Positions 13,576 through 24,387 of a stretch of 64,000 nt of DNA are shown one piece after another. The DNA comes from Callorhinchus milii (taxonomy: Eukaryota), in NCBI RefSeq assembly GCF_018977255.1, contig NW_024704743.1, forward strand, positions 55,368,001 to 55,432,000, written 5' to 3'. The notes under the pieces were generated by a model that was given only the letters and a program-made list of their open reading frames with translations, did not search any database and had not been told where the DNA came from. Each line of letters opens with the position of its first letter. The stretch's first letter is position 1. Made by a program: the position numbers and the translations under genes.

Positions 13576-16500
13576 TATGTTTCCCCATTCACAGTCTTAT
13601 CAAACGCAAACATCGTTTTAAGGGGTGAAATGTTTAAGGTATGAAATTGACAAGGTAGACAAGGAATAGCTTTTCCTTCCAATAGATGAATTCAGAATAA
13701 ATCAGACAGACGATTAAGAAAACAGTTGGACCCCAGAAGGTCCCAAAAGTGACGTATATTGAGTGACAAAGGAATTAATTCTCTGTGTCTTTGTTCAGGG
13801 GTGAAGCACAAACTTCCTTACCAGACAGAAGTAGAATTTCCAGGGTAAGATAAAATTTTAAGAACTAATGAGTAAAGTTTGCAGTTTTCCTTATTTAACA
13901 TTGTGTAAACTATTGTCCACTGATTTGTGCACCTTAATTATGAAGAAAGACGGAAGCTGGAAATGTTCACATTGGTGACAAGAAAGTTCAGGGGACATTT
14001 TGTTAAAGTATTCAATACCTTACAGGATATGGATAAACTGATCCCTAATAATAATAATAATATAATAGTAATACGTTTACAATTGAAGCTTATTGGAGGA
14101 GCGGTGACCCGACAGTTTATTTTCACTACACAGATAGTGATAAATACCTGGAAATGGACTACCCAGAAAAGCAGTGGAGTCCTTGTGTCAGCAAATTCAA
14201 GAATGAGCTAAATAATTAATTTGGCAAAGAAATTCTTTGGGAGAAATTCTATGATGGAGAGTAGTAGGATTAACAGATGGACTGCATTTTTTATTCTTGC
14301 TCTACACATTCCTGTTCTCCTATAATCTAAACAGAACAGAGTGAAACCAGAAAAGATGTTGTCACAGAAAGCATTGGTGAGAATGTGGAGTCCACTGCCC
14401 CAGAAGGCATTAACAATTGTGGTGTTTAAAAAAGAAGATGGATACAGTAAGTGTTTAGGAATAAAGATTTTAAGGTATATGAAGAAAAAGTGCAGAAAGA
14501 GGATTCAAGATATAAAGAGCTGGAATTGGAATAGACTCCAGTATATGGCAACTGTTAGATTGGTCTGCCTGTGCATCTGATTTTACCTGAGCTTATTTTT
14601 AATGAAAGCTGACAATGGAATTCAAATTCTTAGATTCTCCATCCACCTAGAGGTAAACCTATTTAGATCTTTCATTCTCCAATTCTCTTGATCACCTGAA
14701 AGCATTTTGCATGCCAGTTGGCACAAGTGACCACCAGTTAGTCTGCATCAAGAAACCTTTTGTTTGCATCTTGAAAGGAATACCTTACGGAAGGCCTGAC
14801 TGTAATGCCTGGCCAATTCGAATGGTCTCAAGAAAAAAAACATTGCTGGTTCAACCTCATATTCTAGCCTAAAGATTCAGATTTCATTTAAGATAAGATC
14901 AAGCAGATCATATTTAGTGATTACAGGCATACAAGCAGCTAAACGATAGCATCAGGTCACTGCATTATATTAATGTAGTATCAGCTGAAAACATAGCGGA
15001 AACTGGGCAACCAAAGGCAAAGGAAGCCTGTTTCCATATAATGTTTCAACTTGAAAAGGGACTGCGAACAGCTTTCCAGAGATACGTGTCCAATCAGCTT
15101 TATGCTGAATGGTTGTCAGACAGGCTTGATAGACAATATCAGGTCCAATCCCGCTCTTCCTCCTCTTTAGAGGGCCGTGTGTTAAATATCAGCCTGGACT
15201 GTAATTTCAAAGTCCTGACTGAGGCTCTAACGCACAACATTCTAACTCAGCAGTACAACCATGTGAGACTGTTAACAAAAATCACAGTTTGAACCCCATC
15301 ATTTTAACATTATCGATCATTCTTTCTCAGCAGGAACTTCTCCTCAGGTTTTGCCCCACTACAGTTCGACTCTCATCACAGACAGTGCACTACATATTTT
15401 ACAACTACTCAGTGCCCATGACCCCTGGAAACATGCAAACGTTGTGTTTGGTCAGAAGGCTGTAGTACCTACCATAAGAGACACAAACCGGTTCTGCAAA
15501 ATTTAGGAGTAAAATTGTGAAAGTCACAATTGTAAAGTATATTAGGTCATGGCACTGACAGAAAATCAGTCAGGCTGCAGTGGCTTATGATTGAATTACA
15601 TCTTATGAGCCTGATCAGCATGAGCAATTTGAGCCTTTGTCTTTTGTTCGTTCTGTGTTTTGGTTCACTGGTCTTCTTGCTTACAAGAGGGGGGTGAGAA
15701 GGGTATACTAACCAACAAGATAGAAAATGAGTCAACAGTAGAGGAATAATTGAACAATGTAACAATAAATAAATGAATAATTGGTTAATGTTGTACAAAC
15801 ATCAACAAAACTTTCAGAAATAAAACATGTCTACATGCGGCAAATCAGAAATAGAACATAAAATGCTGGAAAGCTCAAAGAAAGTTGATTAGCAACTGAA
15901 TGAGAAAGAGGAGCTAATATTTGATGTGTGACTTTTCATCAGAATAGAAGGCTTTAAGTTCTGAACAGTGACATCCAATCATTAACCTGACGTTCTGTCA
16001 GATACTAATACACCTGATGTGCATTTCCATCATTTTCTACTTTTTTTCTATCTATAGGTTATTTATCTAAGATCCTTTTTCAACATCATTGCATTTTTGT
16101 TCTAAGTAGAAGGCTGTGACTTATATGGAATAAAGCACATTTGATGTAATGCATATTTATTTGAGGTAAAATACACATTACAAATACAAAGATGTGTCTT
16201 ATCTTGAATGAATGGATTTAAAAATAGCAATAGAAAATAGTAAGCAAATTATTCTCTAGATAATTGAATGGTTCTCCTTCAAAAACACACTTAATCTGGT
16301 TTTATGGTACAGTATTTCATTTGTTACAAAGTAATTGTGCTGTTTGTTATATGCTGATTGTTTCAAATAAAAAGGCAGCTGATAACTGTTAACACAGATA
16401 AAACTGATGTCTCATTCAAAAAGATCAAATCTCGATCAACTAAATGTCGCAGATGTTGCATTGGAAACATAATAATAAACATATTCAAATAATATGTAAT

Positions 16501-17529
16501 TTACATTTAGTTTACTATTAAAATTAGCTGCTTACTCTCCCACGGCATAGAAAATTACAAGCGGTCTTCGGATGGTCCTTCGGATGAAACGTTAAACCGA
16601 GGTCCCATCTGCCTGTTCGGGTAGACGTTAAGATCCCATGGACCTTTTTGAAAAGAGACTTTCTCCCAGTGTCCTGGCCAAGAATCCCCCAAATAAAATT
16701 GGTCACTTACTCCAAGGCTGTTTGTGGGACATTGCTCTGTACAATTGGCTGCAGCATTTCGCTCCCAAAATACACAATCAATGCACTTTACAGTATATCT
16801 TGTGAAGTACTTTGAGAATCTCGACAATGTGATAAGGTGCTATATCAAACTGAAGCAATATTATTATATAAGACCACTGAACACGTTACTTGGGAAAATA
16901 ATAGTTATTCATATCAGTAATCTTTATGTTTGATATAGTCTCTTATCAGTGACGACATTTCTTAAAGTGCTTCTCGGGACTGTACTGTAAAGCTCAACTA
17001 TGTATTTCGCAGACGAATGTAGCAGGCAATGTGTACACAGCAATTTCTCTGAAACATGAAGTGGATGGCCAATTGTATCTGTGGCAATTTTTAGCTCAGA
17101 TACCAGGATAAAATGTACATTACCAAATTGTGAAGGCCCCGAAAGCCATGAAAGCACATTAGTCATGTTTTTAATGCACACATTTTGAATGTATAAAATA
17201 AGCATCCATCACTGCTTTTGCAACTTTCTTCGGATCGCACATAAAAAAGTAATTTTCAAGTTACGTTTTGTACAGCAATTTTTAATATAAGTGTAAAATT
17301 AAAAACTTCTGTTCTCTCACTGCTAATTTGTGATAAAATAGCTAACAAAGCATCTGCCTGAATCAAATCATTTAGCTGCAAAATACAGTCACTATACTTT
17401 ATACAGTGAATCCTGTGAAGTGCTTTGAGTAGCCTTCCTGACGTGAAAGGTGCAGTATCAAATGCAGGGATTATTACTTCAAATATTACAACTAAATAAA
17501 CACATGAGAATAAAATAAGAAAAAATTAT

Positions 17530-19030
17530 GGAAGATTTTAATCTATTTACTGTATAAAATTCTAGTTTCACTTCACAAAATCTGAAAGTATTTCACGGTT
17601 TATAGCTTTAGGGGCTTGTTAAAATTAATTATTTAAATCCAATTCTGAAGTTATGAATCAGCACAGTGGCCAGTTTTAATCAAAAAAAGTACAGTAGTAC
17701 CTTTGAAACGTTCAGCCAATAGCAGAGAGACCAGTCAGCCTTCAGATAAACCAACAAAACCTGATCTGAATTACTCAGACTTTTGTAAGGGTGCCAAGTT
17801 TTATGATATGACTTGCTATCTGTGGTTACATTTGCGAACAGGAATAGTTGGCAATCCCAAAGATATTAGTAAGAATGAAATTTACATTACTTCAAGAGTA
17901 CAAAGGATTAGAAGAAGAATTGATGTCGAGACACGAGTCCAGGCTTGGCAAATTTCATTTATTTTTAGTGATTGACTCACTTTTAAAATAAATCAAAATA
18001 GTTTCTGTACAAAAATTCTAATGTTTCCAGCAATTGCAAATTCTGCCTGAGAGTGTCTCTATCATCCCCTCTAATCGTAAATAAATCATTACTACTCAGA
18101 GAGAAACTTTCTCCAACTGTCCAGAAGTAAGGAACTACAGCTTTTACCACCTGAATATTGCCAGTCTATTTGACCCACCCTTAGTTTCGTTGCTTGACTA
18201 CAAGATTATAAACACAGAGTATTTAATGATGTTTATTCTTTCTCAATTCTATTTGCTGTTTGTCTAGGCTGACACTCCAGTTCAGTGATGGGGGAACTCT
18301 ATATTGTGGAACACACCATATTCTTCGTTCAGATGAGACGTTAAACCAAGGTCTCATCTGCCTGTTCAGCTGGACGGTAAAGAGCTCGTTGGCTATTTGA
18401 GAAGTGAAGGGAGCTACTCCCGGTGACCTGGTCAAAATTCCCAGATAAAATTGGTCATTCACTTCCAGGCTGTTAGTGGGACATTGCTGTGTGCAAATTC
18501 ACTATTGCATTCATCCCACGGTCCCTTCGCCTCACTTCCTCCCTTGCATCCTTCAAGGCCAGTCTCAAGACCTTTCTCTTCGACCCGCCACGTGAAAGGC
18601 GCTCTATAAATGTCATTTTGCTGTTGTTGTTGCATTTAAGTGCAAATTACACGGTCATTGGACTTTATAGTAAAAATCCTGGGAAATGCTATATGATATT
18701 TTGATGATGAGGTACTATGTAAAATGCAAGAATTATTATTCCAAACATCTGTGCTTTCATGTACCATAGAGTGGCAGTTGTATCTCACTGCAAATTCCTG
18801 TGATGATTTAACTTGGGTTTAGACCTATAAGAAGACATTTTATGGCCAGTGAAAGGTAATTGGTTTTCTTTACCGGAATGAAAAACAGTGTTCTTGACAA
18901 ACATTTAACAGTAAATCAAAATTGCATTGCTAACTCTAAATTTAAGTGACTATTTTGTTACTGGCTTTAACACTAAACTCTTGATGGTTATCTACTATTT
19001 GGAAGGCTGCCCTGACATCAAAGTAAGTGA
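17530..19030 (+). pseudogene. Unprocessed AGR-family pseudogene (promoter relic plus three degenerate coding exons)
   Basis: 17530-17850 resembles the intact upstream region 23370-23690. 18031-18126 reads ..LRVSL..EKLSPT-tccaga a|gtaagg, versus MARVSL..SLSRG|gtaagg. 18794-18855 reads DDLTWV*TY..gaaag|gtaatt, versus DEVNWVQTY..aagag|gtaatg. 18971-19022 reads TKLLMVIYYLEGCPDIK|gtaagtga, versus [17 protein letters not shown]|gtaagtga. Order and strand match; there is a stop codon, indels and AG>AA acceptor mutations. Confidence 0.85.
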
Positions 19031-19433
19031 ATTGTGATTTATTAAAAAGCTTTGGCTCTGATTAGATTTAAGGAAAAGTTTTATTTTGCTTTAATGCACT
19101 ATGATATATTCACTATCAGCCTCCCCAAGTGATCCAGTTACATTAGTTCAAAGCTAGAATGTGCGAGTGCATCAACTCAGCTTCACAAGTTATCAACCTG
19201 AGGTCCTAATTCCATCCAGTCTTAGCCTGGAAGACTTAAAATTAAAGATTACGTAGAATTATAGAAAATTCTTAAATTTATTCTTAGTTTAGAAACTGGT
19301 TCTTTAAGATTAGCAAAAAAAAGCTTTAAAATTAAGACAAAACTTACCACATTTCTGTAAGATCCAACATTTTAAGAAAAAAAGTTTTATGTGCTAAGAC
19401 TGGGTGGAATTTCAACAACTTCACAGCTTGGGG

Positions 19434-19877
19434 TGTGTCAGCCTGGCTCAGTTGGTAGCACTCTAACCTCAGAGTCAGAAGGTTATGGATTCAAAGCCCC
19501 ACGCCGTGACTTGAAACTCATTTATTCTATGTTGATACTCCAATATAGTGTTGGGAGTGTGATAAATTGTTGGAGATGCCATCCTTCGGATGGGATGTTA
19601 ATCCAAGGTCCCGTCGGCCTTTTCAAGTGGATGTTAAAGATCCCATGGCACAATTTGAAAATAGAAGGAAGTTTCTCCTGGTGTCCTGGCCAACAATTCC
19701 CCCACATAAATTTGGTCATTCATTTCATGATTGTTTGTGGGACATTGCTCTGTGCAATTGAGCTGCCATGCTTGCCTATAAATACACTACCCTTTACAGT
19801 ATGTCTTGTGAATCACTTTGAGACTGCTGCCTGATATGAATGGTGCTGTACCACATGTAAGGATTATTATTATTATT
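19434..19877 (+). mobile_element. Full-length tRNA-headed SINE, family A (DeuSINE-like), L2-like tail with (TTA)n
   Basis: A-box tggctcagttgg and B-box ggattcaaagcc; central gatgttaaagatcccatggcac..gtgtcctggccaa; tail ggattattatt. Many partial copies occur across the window. Confidence 0.85.
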
Positions 19878-22800
19878 GGGCTTATAAATGTAAAATTCTT
19901 TTACAAGTTCACATTGTAAATTTGCCAATTAAAAAGCCTCTTGGATTTTTAATTATATTTTTATGTACTATTTTTAACATCCCTGAAGAAGGCACACAGA
20001 GTCAAAAAATGCATGGGGGTGAGGGGGCGATCAAGATTCCCAACAAAATCAAGAATATAGACGAGCAAAGACCATTTTCCAGCTGGCATTATGTGACGAC
20101 GGAATCAGCCTTGAAGGAGGAATAGGGATGCATATGTGGATCTTTCAGTGTAATTTGGAATCTCTTCAGCCTGTTGATGGATTGCCACAAGTCAGATACC
20201 CAGCTGACCAAAAAAAATTCGTAAGTTTTAAACATCACACATTGTGTGCCAGCCTGGTTCAGTAGGTATCACTCTCACCTTTGAGTCAGAAGGTTCAAGC
20301 CCCATGTTAAGAACTTATGTTGTCCAGACGCTCCTGCACAGTGCTGGGGTGACTACATCGTTGTGGAGGTGCCATCCTTCTTACCTTAAACTGAGGTGCG
20401 TCCACCCCACCCACACCCAAATGGAATTATTTGGCCAAATAATGTATGAGTTCTGCCAATTTAACATTAGGATTGTTGTGTAGTGTGACACAACCCTTTC
20501 TTGATACATAACAAAGATGCATTGAAAAGAGTTGGGAATCAATACAGTGTTTGAATACAATTGTTGTACTGATTACATAACTTTAATCCAGTACCTGAGA
20601 GACTCGTCAGCCTTAATACAAACCAACACCCATTCTGAATTACTTAAACTTTTGGAAAGATGCCAATTTTTTTTCCAAATCATTCCTTATCAAACTGCAC
20701 CACTAAATGAAGACAAAACTTGATTTTCAAACACATTAAAAAAACTACTTTACTTACAGAAAACATAAAAGTAAATACAAAAGCAGTATTAAATTATCTT
20801 TACATTGAAACAATTATACAACCAGTGTAAAATCAAAGCTGGTGCTGTACTTAGCTGGGCCCCCTTGAATTTTACTAAACAATAATCCTAAAACCTGACA
20901 TAGATGCAAGCAATATTTCCCAGCACAGCTATTACCTTTTGCTTTCAATGTGCATTTTGTTCATGTTTCTACCACTAATTTCTAAATACAAAGGTGAAGT
21001 TTGGAGAAAGTTTTCACACGGAGTGTTGTTAGAATACATGAGGGGGAAGAGAACAGAGTATGTGAGGGGAATTGGAGAAGTGGGGGCTCATTTGAAGTAT
21101 AACACTAGTACTGATGAGATCGTTTTTGATGAAGAAAGCTCTAGCCCATCTGATTTCATTCCTCCTGAACATCCACTCTACCATCTCCCCATCACAGCAT
21201 CAAGCTGCTTTTTAAATGAGTCCAGTGTCCTGTCTTCTTGGGTGAGGGGGAGGGGCGATTATATCCATATTCATGAATGTTGATTTGATTGAACACCAGT
21301 AATATTTCTATCATCACACTGTTTAGCTTCTCTGCAGCTTTTGACCATCTCAGGTCAATTTGGTAGAGGTTGGGTACAAATATGCTGTAAGCAAGAGATA
21401 AACCTCACATTAGAATCTCAGAAGCATTGTTAGAAAAAGTTCATTAAATTATGATACTCAGAGAAAGCTGTATTTTTTTTCTCAATTCAGTAGCCTTATA
21501 TTCTTCATTTTTCTAATGCTAAACCATGCCTTAACCATCTTGTTGATGTAAGCCCTAAAGTTTACCTCCCTCAGCTCCCTCCCTCAGCTCCCAACCCCAG
21601 CTTGGGTGCAAACCTCGGACTGTACAATGCTACTCCAATGCCCTCCTCGACAGTCTCCTCAGCTCCACTACCCATAAACTACAACTGATTCAGAACTCCT
21701 CTGCTCATATTCTCACCTACACTAAACTCGGTACCCCCAATACATCAGTCCTTGTCAGGCTCCACTAGCTCCCTATTACAGAATGGATCGATTTCAAGAT
21801 CCTCACAATCGTCTACAAATCCTTTCATGCTCTGGCAAGTTGGCAAGAGCCAAGGCATGTGGACCCAGAGCATTGCTGGAGTTTAATCAGGTAAAACAGT
21901 GTAGCTTGCCATGGCAAATACAATCCCGCAAGGTTCTTGCTGCTTGTCCAACTAGGACTGTCCTATCTTTTAGGGTTTTGGCCGACAGGGTTTACAACAG
22001 CTAAGTGGGAAGAATCTCTTCCTCATTGACTGGTAGAAAGTTCTCCAGGTCCTACTGATGTCAACAGGAATGCTCTAGAGTACTGCACACCTGCCTTGTT
22101 CATGAACTGGACAACTGAAACTGCCATAAAGGGTTAACTCACTTCTGACACATTATTGCTAGTCGTAATACCTTGAAGCCAACTCAGCTCCAAGGAGACC
22201 ATGCTTGCCACCTCTTGCCCCCTCAGGAGGATAGATACCCCATGTAATAAATCTCCTGTTCACAAGAACAAGGGTACTCAGGAACCTTCACCAACCTCTC
22301 AATATTAGGCACAAACCATTCCTTCAACTGATTTTGTAGGAGTTGCTATTTGTGCCAGTAAGGTCCTATAAATTCAATCAATCACTCCACTTCGCCCCCT
22401 CCTTAGCCTCCTTCAAGTCCGGCCTAAAAACCCTCCTCTTCGACCATGCCACCCCATTTCCACTCTCCTCCTTCTCCCCATCTGACCCCAGCTCGGGTCT
22501 GAAATGTTGTATACTGTCCAGTGCTATAATTTTAATTCTAGTGCTATAAATTATAATATTAATCCTTGTCTTTGATAACGCACTTTTCATGTCATCGAGA
22601 CATCTCACAGTTGTTCACCAGATATACTGCAAAGTGGATTAACTGTGTCTTTTCACAAGATTGGTTTTGATGAAGAAAGCTCTTCAGCCCATCAGATCTC
22701 ATCCTTCCAGAATACCCACCCTATAGTCCTCCCATCACAGCATCAAGCTGTTTTTTTTTAAATGAGTCCAGTGTCCTGGCCTCCACCAACTTTCTCTGGC

Positions 22801-23799
22801 AAAGTTTCGGATTGTGAGATTCCAGGGAGCTTCACAAACAGTGAATCTCAACAAAATAGTGTTGGGTTATTTTGTTAGTTTGTTTTTGTTTTAGTTTTGT
22901 ACTGGCCAGATGTCACTATTCATTTTTTATATATTTTTATGAAAATAGATTTGGCTTCCTCTTTCATCCTATCATTCTGTGTGGTATCATTGGCACTGTC
23001 AAAGACTATTATGGTAATGTGGCACACGACCATGTAAAATCCAGTAAGTTTAACAACTAGTACAAGGTAATAGTTAACCTTTCTGACACACACCAGCCAA
23101 GGACAATTAATGCAGGTTCCAAGAAATGCAGCTTCCAAGCAACGAGATGGACACAGATTCCGATTATAGGAAACTGTTGTTGGATTATTACCAGGGGAGG
23201 TGGTACTGAAAAGCCCAAAGACGTCCAAGAAAATCCCAATAAATAATAATCCTTGCATTTGATATAGAACCGTATCACATCTTCGAGAGTCTCAAAGCGC
23301 TTCACAGAATATACTGCAAAGTGAATTGACTGAATTAAATAACATAAACATTTTTAAAATCTAAAAGAAAATAGTCGTATTTACTGAAGCGATTCAGTTG
23401 TAGGGGCATGACATATAAAAGTATTCCAAAGTAGCCAAATTAAGCTGTGGTAAGGTTCGCAAGGTCACCATTCATTGAACTCCAGGTTTAATGTTGTGAT
23501 TCAGCAAAGTAGGCATTTCGAAAATAATTTTAAATTAAGTTCTGCCAGTAAAACTTTCAGCCAATAGCAGAAAGACCAGTCAGCATTCAGACATTGCAAC
23601 AAAAGTGATTTGAATTACCTAGCATTTTGAAATGGTGCCAATATTTCGAAATCATTCAGAATCCCTGTTTAAACTTGCAAAAAGATAGCAAGAAACCTGA
23701 TTTTTACTTTGGAAACTGTGGATTTCAAAACTGCGAATTTAAAAAGCTCTCAAATGAACAGATCTACTTCGTGAACTGAAAAGTAATAGATTAAATAAA

Positions 23800-23967
23800 G
23801 TCCACTCTTCCTGGATTTTCAAGAAAGGGGGGGGTGGGGGGTGGATGATCCAGTGGTGATGGCCAATGGGGTGGAGCACATCAGGTATATAATTGGGGAA
23901 CTTCAACCCAGTCAATCACAGCAAGTGCACAACAACAAGGAGGCTTGGAGTCAGTAACCTGGAGCAG
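23800..23967 (+). promoter_or_regulatory. Putative AGR core promoter and non-coding first exon
   Basis: G-rich/GT-box tract 23827-23844, CCAAT 23863-23867 and TATATAA 23886-23892. A strong donor CAG|gtaaac at 23968 could splice to the acceptor at 24201, giving a short 5'UTR exon. TSS is inferred, not observed. Confidence 0.65.
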
Positions 23968-24230
23968 GTAAACAGGAGAGTTCAGCTCTGGGGATTTCAG
24001 CTTTAGCCATTTGAACTTTTGTGTTTCAAATTAACCTTTCCAAAAAAAAAAAAAATTTTTTTTTTTAAAAAAAATTCTGATTTCAATTTTAAAGCGAAGT
24101 AACAGGTCTGAGCATCTATTTGACCTGGTGATCACTGTGTACATTGTGATAGCTTTCTCCCCCCCCCACCCCCACCCCCTGTGCTCTCTCTCTCTCTCTA
24201 GTGATCTACCTGAAGTTGAATCTCAGCAGC

Positions 24231-24387
24231 ATGGCCCGGGTCTCTCTGCTGCTGCTGGTGCTGTTGGCCGCTGTCTCTGGCTGTGCGGCCAGAGGTTCCG
24301 CAAACCCTGGCTCCAAGAGTGGAGGGGGATCCAAGAGCGGGGGGGCTGCGAAGGACGAGAAGAAGTGTCCTCCGAGTCTATCCAGGG
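24231..24387 (+). CDS. ag1: AGR gene coding exon 1 (signal peptide, Gly/Ser/Lys-rich linker, ...LSRG)
   Basis: Acceptor (ct)n-AG at 24200-24201, ATG at 24231 (agcATGG), hydrophobic [10 protein letters not shown], phase-1 donor G|gtaagg at 24388. Confidence 0.92.

Noticed and set aside
19035..19100. Possible fourth pseudo-exon (aaagctttggct..gaaaagttttattttgctttaat, cf. KxFA..xFILLN)
   Set aside because: Too close to the previous donor and needs several indels in AT-rich sequence; not supportable without a computed alignment.
21110..22790. ~125-bp similarity between 21110-21240 and 22660-22790
   Set aside because: Related sequence occurs at ~9120-9235 and ~60540-60640; it is a dispersed CR1-type 3' end, not a local duplication.
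24043..24075. A-run/T-run/A-run able to form a hairpin in the AGR first intron
   Set aside because: Simple homopolymer tracts with error-prone length; no evidence of function.
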